From contig JBFWNL010000007.1 of NCBI GenBank assembly GCA_050251055.1, positions 32,001-96,000 on the forward strand: a stretch of 64,000 bases of DNA, written 5' to 3'. Below, piece by piece: positions 10,085 through 18,571 of the stretch. The stretch is from Bacteriovoracia bacterium (GTDB lineage: Bacteria; Bdellovibrionota; UBA1018; JBFWNL01). Position 1 is the first letter of the stretch, and the number at the start of each line of letters is the position of its first letter. The position numbers and the translations under genes were made by a program. Below the pieces are notes generated by a model that worked only from the letters and a program-made list of their open reading frames with translations, ran no database searches and was not told the DNA's origin.

Positions 10085-10254
10085 CGGACTGGCAAACTCC
10101 CGTGGCCTACGGGCTGGTGGCCCTGGCCGCCGGCATCCCGTTGTGGCGGCTGGTTCGTCGTCCACTCCTTGCGCGTCTCTCGGATCGGCTGCTGCGCTCC
10201 GGTAGGATCGGCTGGGCGATGCGCGTACGGGGTTGGCTCCTCACCAAGCGTTGA
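10081..10254 (+). CDS. Small FeoB-associated membrane protein
   Basis: GTGA overlap with the feoB stop; DWQT...single TM...basic tail. Confidence 0.5.
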   Translation: MTDWQTPVAYGLVALAAGIPLWRLVRRPLLARLSDRLLRSGRIGWAMRVRGWLLTKR

Positions 10255-10334
10255 TTCTTTGACGCCTAGGCGTGCCCAGGCATGCCGAGATCAGGGCTTA
10301 GTTCCAATCATTATAATGCCGAAAAGCTGGGTGG

Positions 10335-11534
10335 ATGAATCACCGTCGGCTCTGGCTGAAGTGCGGCCTAATCACGATCTTTCTGGGTGCTTCCTGTGTC
10401 GCTTATGCAAACGACACGGTGAAGAGCTGCGTGTGGCGCGCGATGGCGGCGGCGCCCACCGTGTGGGAGATTGGGAAAATCCCTGCGAGCTTTGTCTGGG
10501 ATCACCTTTCCGCGCCGTTCAAAGAGCTGTTTTCAAAGCAGGGACCCATTCGGTACGCGCTCGATCTGAAACAATACGAGGCGGCCCAGAAAGCCGTGCG
10601 GGAGTTGGTCGACGCAAAGGATTGGCGGGGTTTACAGGCTTGGCGGCCCAAGACCCATAGCGAGTTGATCGGACTGGTGGATTTGGTGGAGGCGGACGCT
10701 CGCGGCGGAAAAAGCATCATTCGGTCCACGATCGAATCTGGAAGTTATTCGCGCCGGCGCGAGCTCGTTTCGATTTTCAATAAGCCTAAGCTTCAGAACG
10801 GAAAACTCACCGACGCCGAAGCCCGGCAGCTGGGCCAGGATCTACGGGATTTTTCGGAAGCGGACCCGCGATCCCCGATGAATATCCTCTTTCGTGGCGC
10901 CAAAGTCTCGCGTGATCGGATCCGCCAGGAGTTCGACCCCAGCTGGTCGGGTGAGGAATTCGCGCGCCGCATGCGCTTGGCCGGGTTTGTCGAAGGCGAT
11001 GCCCAGGAGCGCGAATTCGCGTCCCTGTGGGAGATGAACCGCGAACGCCTGATTCGCAACGCCGTGATGAACGCCATTCCGGCCGCGGCTTTTCAAAATC
11101 CCGTCCCCATCGCGTTGCCCCATGGCTTGCGTTTCTTTCCGACCGCGCCACCGTCGGATGAGGCGGTGCGGCTGCTGGCGCAGCGGAAATTCTCCGAAGC
11201 GCTACCGTTACTGCAACAGCAGTATGGGCGACGCGCGAACTTGGAAATCACCGAGGAGTTGTTGGCGCGCAATTACGACGTAGCCGTGTGGGCATTTATC
11301 GGTACGTTGCTCTATAAATATCAAGCCAGTGTCGGCGAGCAACGCGTGCAGGACGGAGAGCAGAAATTTGAAGAAGACACCGGGCTCTTTCGGGGCGTGC
11401 AATCCGGCCAGGAGAGGTTGGACGAGCTACGGGAGATGCACAAAGACGACCCCGAATACCTGAAGATGCTCGAAGAGCTGTATCAGAAATTCAAGGCGAA
11501 CCGGGAATCTGCCGGCGCCGTGCCGGAACCTTAG
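10335..11534 (+). CDS. Secreted hypothetical protein with a C-terminal hydrophobic helix
   Basis: Signal peptide ending AYA|N; long ORF; no family recognised. Confidence 0.6.
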   Translation: MNHRRLWLKCGLITIFLGASCVAYANDTVKSCVWRAMAAAPTVWEIGKIPASFVWDHLSAPFKELFSKQGPIRYALDLKQYEAAQKAVRELVDAKDWRGLQAWRPKTHSELIGLVDLVEADARGGKSIIRSTIESGSYSRRRELVSIFNKPKLQNGKLTDAEARQLGQDLRDFSEADPRSPMNILFRGAKVSRDRIRQEFDPSWSGEEFARRMRLAGFVEGDAQEREFASLWEMNRERLIRNAVMNAIPAAAFQNPVPIALPHGLRFFPTAPPSDEAVRLLAQRKFSEALPLLQQQYGRRANLEITEELLARNYDVAVWAFIGTLLYKYQASVGEQRVQDGEQKFEEDTGLFRGVQSGQERLDELREMHKDDPEYLKMLEELYQKFKANRESAGAVPEP

Positions 11535-11537
11535 CCT

Positions 11538-11592
11538 AAAAACGCCAACGGCCCGCCTCCGATTTCTCGAAAGCGGGCCGATGGATTTCTTC
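11538..11592. terminator. Probable bidirectional intrinsic terminator
   Basis: CGGCCCGC (11549-11556) / GCGGGCCG (11573-11580) stem between convergent genes, A-run on the left, T-rich on the right. Confidence 0.7.
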
Positions 11593-11618
11593 AAATGAAT
11601 TCTACGAAGTGAATTCGA

Positions 11619-12767
11619 TTAGGCAGCCGGTTGTTGGGCGGCTTTCTTCTTTTCGACTTCCTTGCGCAGGTATTCCACCATTTGCGTGCTTTCCGTGTGG
11701 CGTACTTGAGCGGCAGCCAGCTCTTCGCGGTAGACCTTGATTTGGCCTTCGGACATGACGGCCAGGTACCCGCTGTGTCCGGAGACCACGACGCCGACGG
11801 CGACGAGGCCACCCACCAGGAGGATGCCTTGCAGCTTCGCTTCCTTGCCGGCGATCTTGAGCGCTTCGCCGATCTGACGGTTGAAGTAGCGTTCCGCAGC
11901 TACACGCGTCGTGGCGTCGGTGCCCATCTTCAGGGCGGCCTTCACGTGCGTGGATTGTTCCGCTTTATCCAGAGCGGTTTTGAGTTCTCCGATGGAGAGC
12001 TCGAAGTGCCGCAAGGCTTTCGGGTCCGTCGCGTTCTTCCACAACGCCATCTTGCGCTGGGCGTACTTTTCCGCGGCGCCACGGTACTTAGCGATCATTT
12101 CCGAGCGGACCGCTTGAAAGCGGGTTAGGTAGCCGGGTTCGTTCGCCAACTTGTAAGCGTGATCCTTCAGCATGCGAGCCCGATAGGTCTTGTCCGTCTC
12201 CATGATTTCGATCAAGCGAGCTTCGCCCACGTTCTGGGCTTCGGCTTGCATTTGGAGAGTGGCTTTTTCTTCAGCCTTCTTGACCATGCCTTGGACGTAG
12301 TCGATACCGAATCCGACACCGCCGGAAAGGGTCGTAATGCCCGCAGCTAAGCTCGTGAAAGTATAGAGGCCTTTATTGAACTTCGCGCTGTCCAAGTCCG
12401 CTTGGGCTTGAGCCAAGTGCACTTCTTCACCCGCCAGGATCGCTTCCTGGGCCAAGAGGTCTTCTTCCAGTTGAGCGAGCGTCGAGTTGTCGGCGCTAGG
12501 CTTCGGTTCCACCGCGACTGGAGTTTCTTCGCCCGGGGCCGGAGCCGGGGCGGGGTTCGTCGCGACGGGAGGTTCCTCGGGGTTGGCTGGAACGCCAGCC
12601 GGGGCTTCTTCCTTCTTCGCCGGGTCGGTGCCCGGAGCCGGGGCCGGAGTTTCTTCCGACTTCTTCACTGGCTGGGGAACGCCCGCCTTCTTGTTGATGC
12701 TTGATCCGCAGCTCGACAAAGCGAACACGACGATCAGGGAGTAGACGAGTTGGTTGCGCATTTTCAT
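11619..12767 (-). CDS. Lipoprotein with Pro/Ala/Glu linker, coiled coils and two hydrophobic helices
   Basis: Lipobox LSS|C; PAPAP linker; codon usage suggests strong expression. Confidence 0.7.
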   Translation of the reverse strand: MKMRNQLVYSLIVVFALSSCGSSINKKAGVPQPVKKSEETPAPAPGTDPAKKEEAPAGVPANPEEPPVATNPAPAPAPGEETPVAVEPKPSADNSTLAQLEEDLLAQEAILAGEEVHLAQAQADLDSAKFNKGLYTFTSLAAGITTLSGGVGFGIDYVQGMVKKAEEKATLQMQAEAQNVGEARLIEIMETDKTYRARMLKDHAYKLANEPGYLTRFQAVRSEMIAKYRGAAEKYAQRKMALWKNATDPKALRHFELSIGELKTALDKAEQSTHVKAALKMGTDATTRVAAERYFNRQIGEALKIAGKEAKLQGILLVGGLVAVGVVVSGHSGYLAVMSEGQIKVYREELAAAQVRHTESTQMVEYLRKEVEKKKAAQQPAA

Positions 12768-12986
12768 TCAATGCCCTTTCTATTCAAAAGGTGCGGGACC
12801 CACATCCGCATCTATTTTTAGTTATGACGCATGACGGTAGTTGAAATGACGCTTTTAGTCAATTCTACTCCACGTCACGTGAAATCAATTGTGTGCGGGA
12901 AAATACAGAAGTTGTCTTATTCTGTCAACTAATAGAATAACGCGTTGCGCGGAATTTGAATCATCTTAATTATTTGAAATTATTAA

Positions 12987-13400
12987 CTATTTTCCGGTCT
13001 TCTTCACATTCAAGGCGAAGCGAGTGAGGCCCGCTTGCTGCAAAGTATCCATTAGGCGTACGACCACCCCGTGCGGAGTCGCTTGATCCGCACTGATCAT
13101 GGCGGGTTCTTCCTTCTTGCCCGCGTCCAAGGTCTTGAGCTTCGCTTCGAGCGCCGGCCAGTCCATCTCCACCTGATCCCAATACACTTTCCCCTCCTTA
13201 TCCAACGTAAATTGGATAGGGGACTTCTGGGATTGGGCGCCGGAATGCGCCGACGGAAGCTGAACCTTGATAGCGGATTGGTAAATGACGGGCGCGGTGA
13301 TCATGAAGACCACGAGCAAGACGAGCACGATGTCGACGAGCGGGGTGACGTTGATACCGGAAATGACGTCGTCGTCGTTTGAGGAGAGGGTACCGGCCAC
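12987..13400 (-). CDS. exbD: ExbD/TolR biopolymer transport protein
   Basis: INVTPLVDIVLVLLVVFMITAP; ISADQATPHGVVVRLMD. Confidence 0.9.
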   Translation of the reverse strand: MAGTLSSNDDDVISGINVTPLVDIVLVLLVVFMITAPVIYQSAIKVQLPSAHSGAQSQKSPIQFTLDKEGKVYWDQVEMDWPALEAKLKTLDAGKKEEPAMISADQATPHGVVVRLMDTLQQAGLTRFALNVKKTGK

Positions 13401-13403
13401 GGC

Positions 13404-14048
13404 TTAGCTCCCACCCATGCGGCCGATGAGGTAGCTCTTGAGCGCTTCGGCTTCGGCAATCGCCGATCGCACGCGCTTTTGGTACAGATTGAACGCCACG
13501 ACGGCGGGAATGGCGACCAAGATGCCGACGGCGGTCGCGATGAGCGCGTCGGAAATGCCGGCCGTCACCGAGGTGGTGACCCCGCTGTCGGCTTGCTGCG
13601 AAAGATGGTGGAACGCCTGGATAATCCCCAAAACCGTGCCGAAAAGGCCGACAAACGGCGCGTTGTTGCCGATCGTGGCCAAGATTGCGAGATTCTTTTC
13701 CCAGGCTTGGCGTTTGCGCAAAATCGAATCGGTGGCCATCTCGTGCAGCGTGGTTTCGCCCGCTTTGCGGTTTTCGATCAAAATCTGCGAGAGCTCGGAT
13801 TCGAAGTCGCCGATCATGGCGCTTGATTTCGCGCGCGTTTCGCTCGCTTTCAGGGCTTGTTCCCACTTGCCGGCTCGGGCGGCTTCGCGAACTTCCGCGC
13901 GGAACGCGGCTAGATCACGGGTCGCTTGCTTATAGAAGAAAAACCGCTCCAAAATGAGGGTGATCGAAAAAACCGAGATCAGCACCAATAACCAAAGCAC
14001 CCACTCCGAACCCACCAACGCCATTCCGAGAAAAATTTTTGAGAGCAT
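13404..14048 (-). CDS. exbB: MotA/TolQ/ExbB proton channel protein
   Basis: LATIGNNAPFVGLFGTVLGI; ALIATAVGILVAIPAVVAFN. Confidence 0.9.
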   Translation of the reverse strand: MLSKIFLGMALVGSEWVLWLLVLISVFSITLILERFFFYKQATRDLAAFRAEVREAARAGKWEQALKASETRAKSSAMIGDFESELSQILIENRKAGETTLHEMATDSILRKRQAWEKNLAILATIGNNAPFVGLFGTVLGIIQAFHHLSQQADSGVTTSVTAGISDALIATAVGILVAIPAVVAFNLYQKRVRSAIAEAEALKSYLIGRMGGS

Positions 14049-14241
14049 ATATCGCTAAAAGTAACCCACTTCCTCGAGGGTGGGAAGTCGCTGGTTCTAT
14101 GTCTTTATGCGTCATTCGTCGCCTTCGCCGGTCGGGGGGAAACGGGCCGATTTGACGAAAAAATGCCCGCATCCCCCGCATTCACTAGGGTTGCTTTTTC
14201 TTTTTAGATGGGCATACTCACGCCAAAGAACGAGGTGAGTC

Positions 14242-15393
14242 ATGGCCCAAAATATCGTTACCATCAACACTGTCCGCGATCGCTTCAAGAGTGCGCCCCG
14301 TCCTGACATCTGGAAGGACGCGACCGACAAGGATTGGAACAGTTGGGTATGGCAGCAGCAGAAGCGCATCAAGAACATGGAAGTCCTCGAAAAGGTCCTG
14401 AATGTCACCGCCGGCGAGCGCGAAGCGTTCGTAAAGTCGGATGAGATGTTCCACATGGGCATCACGCCTTATTACGCGTCGCTCATGGACAAGGACGATC
14501 CGAATTGCCCGATTCGCCTGCAATCCGTGCCGACGATGGGCGAGCTCAACATCGGCCCCTACGACATGGAAGACCCGCTGGCCGAAGAGCGCGACATGCC
14601 GGTGCCGGCCATCACGCACCGCTATCCCGACCGCGTGCTTTTTTACACGACCCACAACTGCCCCGTGTATTGCCGCCACTGCACGCGCAAGCGTAAGGTT
14701 TCCGACCCATCGTCTTCGACCCAAACCAAGGCGATCGACATGGGTTTGGAATACATCGCGGCCCATAAGGAAATCCGCGACGTGGTCATCTCCGGCGGGG
14801 ATCCCCTGTCGAACTCCGACGATCGCCTCGAGTATATTTTGTCTCGGCTGCGCGCGATGGATCACATCGAAGTCTTCCGCTTGGGCACGCGCAATCTGGT
14901 CACGCTCCCGCAGCGCGTGACCCAGGATTTTGCGAACATGCTCAAGAAGTACCACCCCGTTTTCGTGCACACGCATTTCAACCATCCGAAAGAGTGCACG
15001 CAGGAGGCCTTTGACGCCTGCGCGCGTTTGGCGGACGCCGGCTGCGTGATCAACAACCAGATGGTGCTACTCAAGGGTGTGAACGACGACCCGCAGGTCG
15101 TGAAAAAACTGAATCACCTCCTGCTCATGATGCGCGTGCGGCCTTATTACATTTTTCAGTGCGACATGTCCCAAGGGATCTCGCATTTCCGTACCCCAAT
15201 CGAAACGGGGATCAACATCATCGAGAACCTGCGCGGTTGGACGAGTGGTATGGCCGTACCCCAGTTCGTGGTCGACGCGCCCGGCGGTGGCGGCAAGATC
15301 CCGATGCTGCCGAACTACGTCGTGAGCCACGAAGGCAAGAAGTGGGTGCTGCGGAATTTCAAGAAGCAGCAGTTCACTTATAATGAGCCTTGA
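14242..15393 (+). CDS. kamA: KamA-family radical SAM lysine 2,3-aminomutase
   Basis: THRYPDRVL, CPVYCRHCTR, SGGDPL, HFNHPKE and DAPGGGGKIP motifs. Confidence 0.9.
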   Translation: MAQNIVTINTVRDRFKSAPRPDIWKDATDKDWNSWVWQQQKRIKNMEVLEKVLNVTAGEREAFVKSDEMFHMGITPYYASLMDKDDPNCPIRLQSVPTMGELNIGPYDMEDPLAEERDMPVPAITHRYPDRVLFYTTHNCPVYCRHCTRKRKVSDPSSSTQTKAIDMGLEYIAAHKEIRDVVISGGDPLSNSDDRLEYILSRLRAMDHIEVFRLGTRNLVTLPQRVTQDFANMLKKYHPVFVHTHFNHPKECTQEAFDACARLADAGCVINNQMVLLKGVNDDPQVVKKLNHLLLMMRVRPYYIFQCDMSQGISHFRTPIETGINIIENLRGWTSGMAVPQFVVDAPGGGGKIPMLPNYVVSHEGKKWVLRNFKKQQFTYNEP

Positions 15394-15492
15394 GTGACGG
15401 CATTGGTCGCCATCCGATTCTTAATTTATAACGTAAGTCTTTGTAATTAATCAATAATTACCCCTAGGTGTCACTCCTGTCGTCATGAGATA

Positions 15493-18015
15493 ATGAAGGT
15501 AGGAAGTAGTACGTCCGTGGAAAAGATAAGTCGCAGCCCTCATTTCCGAATCCGTTTAGCGGGAGTATGTCTCGCGGTCGCCCTTTTGCCGGGATGTCTG
15601 AAGTACGCGCTCGTGGCTCCGAAGACATCCGGCGTGGAAACCCCGGGCGAAGAGGGCGAGGCTCCGGTCGTGCTGAGTCTCACCGTGGATCCCCGATACG
15701 CGAACGCCGCCAAGTGGAATGATTACGTCAGGACCGCGAACTACGTTTCCGCATGTACGGGAGCCGAGGCGCCCACTCGTCCGTCTCCTTGCATGCATGG
15801 CGGGGACAAACGCAAAGTCGTGATCACGGGCCAGACGAGCTGCACGGGATTAACCCTCACGGATAGCGTGGGCGCGTTTGATTGGACCTGCGACGAAAGC
15901 GGCGGGACCGCTACGTTCTATTCTACCTTAAAAGATTCCATAAGATTGGCTGACTTGATCGACATCAGCGTTCCGGCCACTCCGGCGTGGAAGACGATGT
16001 CGGTGAGTCTCGTAGGGCCGAATGGATTGACTGGGGCAAGCACCGCGACCGTGTGGTGGACAAACACGGTGACGCGCATCCAGACGGACGTGGCGGTACA
16101 GGATCTGAACGTCGCGTCCACGATCTACGTGGCTACGGGAAATATCACCACATATGGGCTGAGTCTCAACGCCGATAAGGCGGCGCTCGTGATTCCTTCG
16201 TCGTATACGGCTACGTTCGCCGATACGACCACGGACAACACCAATACTGTAAACGGCGAGAGCGGGGCTAACTGGCGAAGCATCGTCCTGGCGGGCGCGC
16301 AGAATTTTTTGTGGATCGAAGGTTCGTTTTCGGGCGGCGTGGGCGCCACGAACTTGCCCGATGCCGGGATCTTCTTTTTTACCGTCGGTTTTTCCAGCGT
16401 GAGACACGCACAGGTTTCCCGTATTCGTGGCAAGCACGGCACTACTGGTTCGGCTCGGACGGGATTGGGCATCACCCATCGGGGTACGTCGATTTGCAAC
16501 GTATTCGATCAAATCAGCATCAGTAACGTGGCGGGCGGCGATTCCGGCGCCGTCATGTTTAGCTCCGCCTCTGCGTTGGGGTTGCACGTGACGGGTGGAT
16601 CCCACGATGTCTTTCGGCGTTTCACCATTAACAACATTCGCGGAGGATCGGGCTTGGATATGTCCACTCCGAATACCTCGAACTACGGGACCAATGGCGG
16701 GGCGGCGACCGGCGCTTCCATTCCGGCCACCGTTTCCACCATGACGCTCTCCGAATTTGTAATTTCGAACGTTTCCGGAGGAAAGGGCGGTTTCGGGTCG
16801 ACGAGCACGAGTGGCTCGCTCGCAAATTATGGAGGAAATGGGGGAATTGCGACCGGTCTTGCGTTTGGTGCGTCGAGCCACTCGGTCGCAAGCGGCGGCA
16901 CGATCGTCAATGTGGTAGGGGGTTCGGCCGGCAAGGGAGGAAACTGTGTCGGTTGTACGAATGGAAATGGCGGCCTGGGTGGGTACGGTGGTGCGGGTCG
17001 TGGGATCTACAACAATGGATCCTCTAGCCTGAATACGGTCCTTCAGAACTTGGTAGTGGCGAATGTTTATTCGGGGGATGGTGGAGACGGCGGAGATACG
17101 GATCAAATGGCCGGCGCCGGTGGCGACGCAGGTGAGGCTGGCTTATCCACGGGATTTTATATCAATACCACCGGCACTTCTGAGTATAGTTTTGCCCAGA
17201 TTGCGGTAGGTCAGATGGCGTCAGGGGGCGGGGGCAAGGAAGGAAACAATACCGGCGGCGGTTCGGCTGGCTTCCCTGGTGTGGCCTACAATCCTCAAAA
17301 CTTTTCTTTCAACACCAGCCAGAATAATCGATTCACCGGCAACGTACTCATGGATGTGGTCGCTTGTGACGGCACTGGGCAGCAGGGTTTAGATAATACC
17401 TGTAGTAACACCCCGGCGACTTCGGACGCGGTAATCGACAAGAGCGTGTTTTTCGGCTCGGCTTTTGTGGGCTATCTCAATGCCGACGATTCCGTGAACA
17501 CAACGGATACCGCCGGCGTCGCGGCGTCTCCAGCCGCGGTGGACTGGGTGAGGTTCGCCAATCCGATGCGCAACTGGATGCCATCCTCCGTGAACAAATT
17601 TGATTTGTCGGCCGCGGTTCATTGGGACTCGGGCGCGGGGCAGATCGTGGATTGGAGTTTGCTTGCCGTTGATACGTGGCTATTGCGGACGGCTTGGAAT
17701 GGCCCTACGGGATCGCGCAACGGCGTGTTCGCTGCCGATACCGCCTGCCCCGTGGACGCCAATGGGGATGAGACGCTCAGCCACTCTTCGGGCGAAACGG
17801 TGCTGATGAATGCGGTCGAGATCGTGGGCGCGGTAGATGTCGACGGAACCTGGTCGGGCGATCACGACGGACTTTGCGAAGCCGGCGAAGTCTGTCTTTA
17901 TTCCCCGAACTTTGGCGCTTACCAAGGTCATGGCTCGATTGGCACCTGCACCTTTAGCGATCAGGGTGGCTTGGCCGGAATCACTCTGCGTGGTTATGCA
18001 TCCAACGGTCGCTAG
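15493..18015 (+). CDS. Large Gly-rich surface lipoprotein, probable beta-helix adhesin
   Basis: Lipobox LPG|C; repeated I-S-N-V-x-GG / GGxGG units; Cys-rich N- and C-terminal caps. Confidence 0.7.
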   Translation: MKVGSSTSVEKISRSPHFRIRLAGVCLAVALLPGCLKYALVAPKTSGVETPGEEGEAPVVLSLTVDPRYANAAKWNDYVRTANYVSACTGAEAPTRPSPCMHGGDKRKVVITGQTSCTGLTLTDSVGAFDWTCDESGGTATFYSTLKDSIRLADLIDISVPATPAWKTMSVSLVGPNGLTGASTATVWWTNTVTRIQTDVAVQDLNVASTIYVATGNITTYGLSLNADKAALVIPSSYTATFADTTTDNTNTVNGESGANWRSIVLAGAQNFLWIEGSFSGGVGATNLPDAGIFFFTVGFSSVRHAQVSRIRGKHGTTGSARTGLGITHRGTSICNVFDQISISNVAGGDSGAVMFSSASALGLHVTGGSHDVFRRFTINNIRGGSGLDMSTPNTSNYGTNGGAATGASIPATVSTMTLSEFVISNVSGGKGGFGSTSTSGSLANYGGNGGIATGLAFGASSHSVASGGTIVNVVGGSAGKGGNCVGCTNGNGGLGGYGGAGRGIYNNGSSSLNTVLQNLVVANVYSGDGGDGGDTDQMAGAGGDAGEAGLSTGFYINTTGTSEYSFAQIAVGQMASGGGGKEGNNTGGGSAGFPGVAYNPQNFSFNTSQNNRFTGNVLMDVVACDGTGQQGLDNTCSNTPATSDAVIDKSVFFGSAFVGYLNADDSVNTTDTAGVAASPAAVDWVRFANPMRNWMPSSVNKFDLSAAVHWDSGAGQIVDWSLLAVDTWLLRTAWNGPTGSRNGVFAADTACPVDANGDETLSHSSGETVLMNAVEIVGAVDVDGTWSGDHDGLCEAGEVCLYSPNFGAYQGHGSIGTCTFSDQGGLAGITLRGYASNGR

Positions 18016-18082
18016 ACCGCAGCGATCAATCGAGTATTCGTGGCAATTAGCAAATTCCGTCACATCGTGCGAGAATCGGGGG

Positions 18083-18517
18083 ATGCGATGGCGACCCTGG
18101 CTGGGCGCGGGTTGGGCATTGAGTCTACTCGCCTGCGCTTCCACCGCGAATATTCCCAAACCGAAGCATGAGAAACACCGCTTCCCCAAGGAAGCGATGA
18201 TTGGCGTGCCACCGCCCGACGTCAATCGTCCCTACGAAGTGTTGGGCGAGGTACGGGCCCGTGCCAATTTCATGTCGATCGACGCCGAAGACGACGAAGA
18301 GAAGATGTGTCAAAACTACTTCAACCAGGCCGTTCAGAAACTCGTGAGTTTGGCCAAGGCCAAGGGCGCGGACGCGGTCATCGACGTGAAATCCGTGGTC
18401 TTTTTGGTCGACGGACGCTCCGAGCTCTTCCCCCGGGCCGAATGTGCCGATGAGGGGGGAGAAGGCCAGGCCCTCGCCCGCGGCGTGGCTATCCGCTGGA
18501 AACCTCAGCCAAAATAA
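18083..18517 (+). CDS. YbjQ/heavy-metal-binding-fold lipoprotein
   Basis: ATG 18083; lipobox LLA|C; RPYEVLGEV, AKAKGADAVIDV and GVAIRW motifs. Confidence 0.65.
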   Translation: MRWRPWLGAGWALSLLACASTANIPKPKHEKHRFPKEAMIGVPPPDVNRPYEVLGEVRARANFMSIDAEDDEEKMCQNYFNQAVQKLVSLAKAKGADAVIDVKSVVFLVDGRSELFPRAECADEGGEGQALARGVAIRWKPQPK

Positions 18518-18521
18518 CCGT

Positions 18522-18548
18522 TCAATTTTAAAGCGTTTCTTCCGATAA
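18522..18548 (+). promoter_or_regulatory. Sigma28-like promoter of the kinase gene
   Basis: TCAA-N15-TCCGATAA. Confidence 0.55.
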
Positions 18549-18571
18549 GAACCCTGAAGGAATCTGTCCTG

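Noticed and set aside
14050-14240. Riboswitch between exbB and kamA
   Set aside because: Only a short ACTTCC/GGAAGT hairpin; no cobalamin, lysine, SAM or TPP consensus recognised.
14242-15393. kamA as part of a beta-lysine, EF-P modification or RiPP cluster
   Set aside because: No epmA, efp, ablB, lysine-fermentation genes or precursor peptide adjacent.
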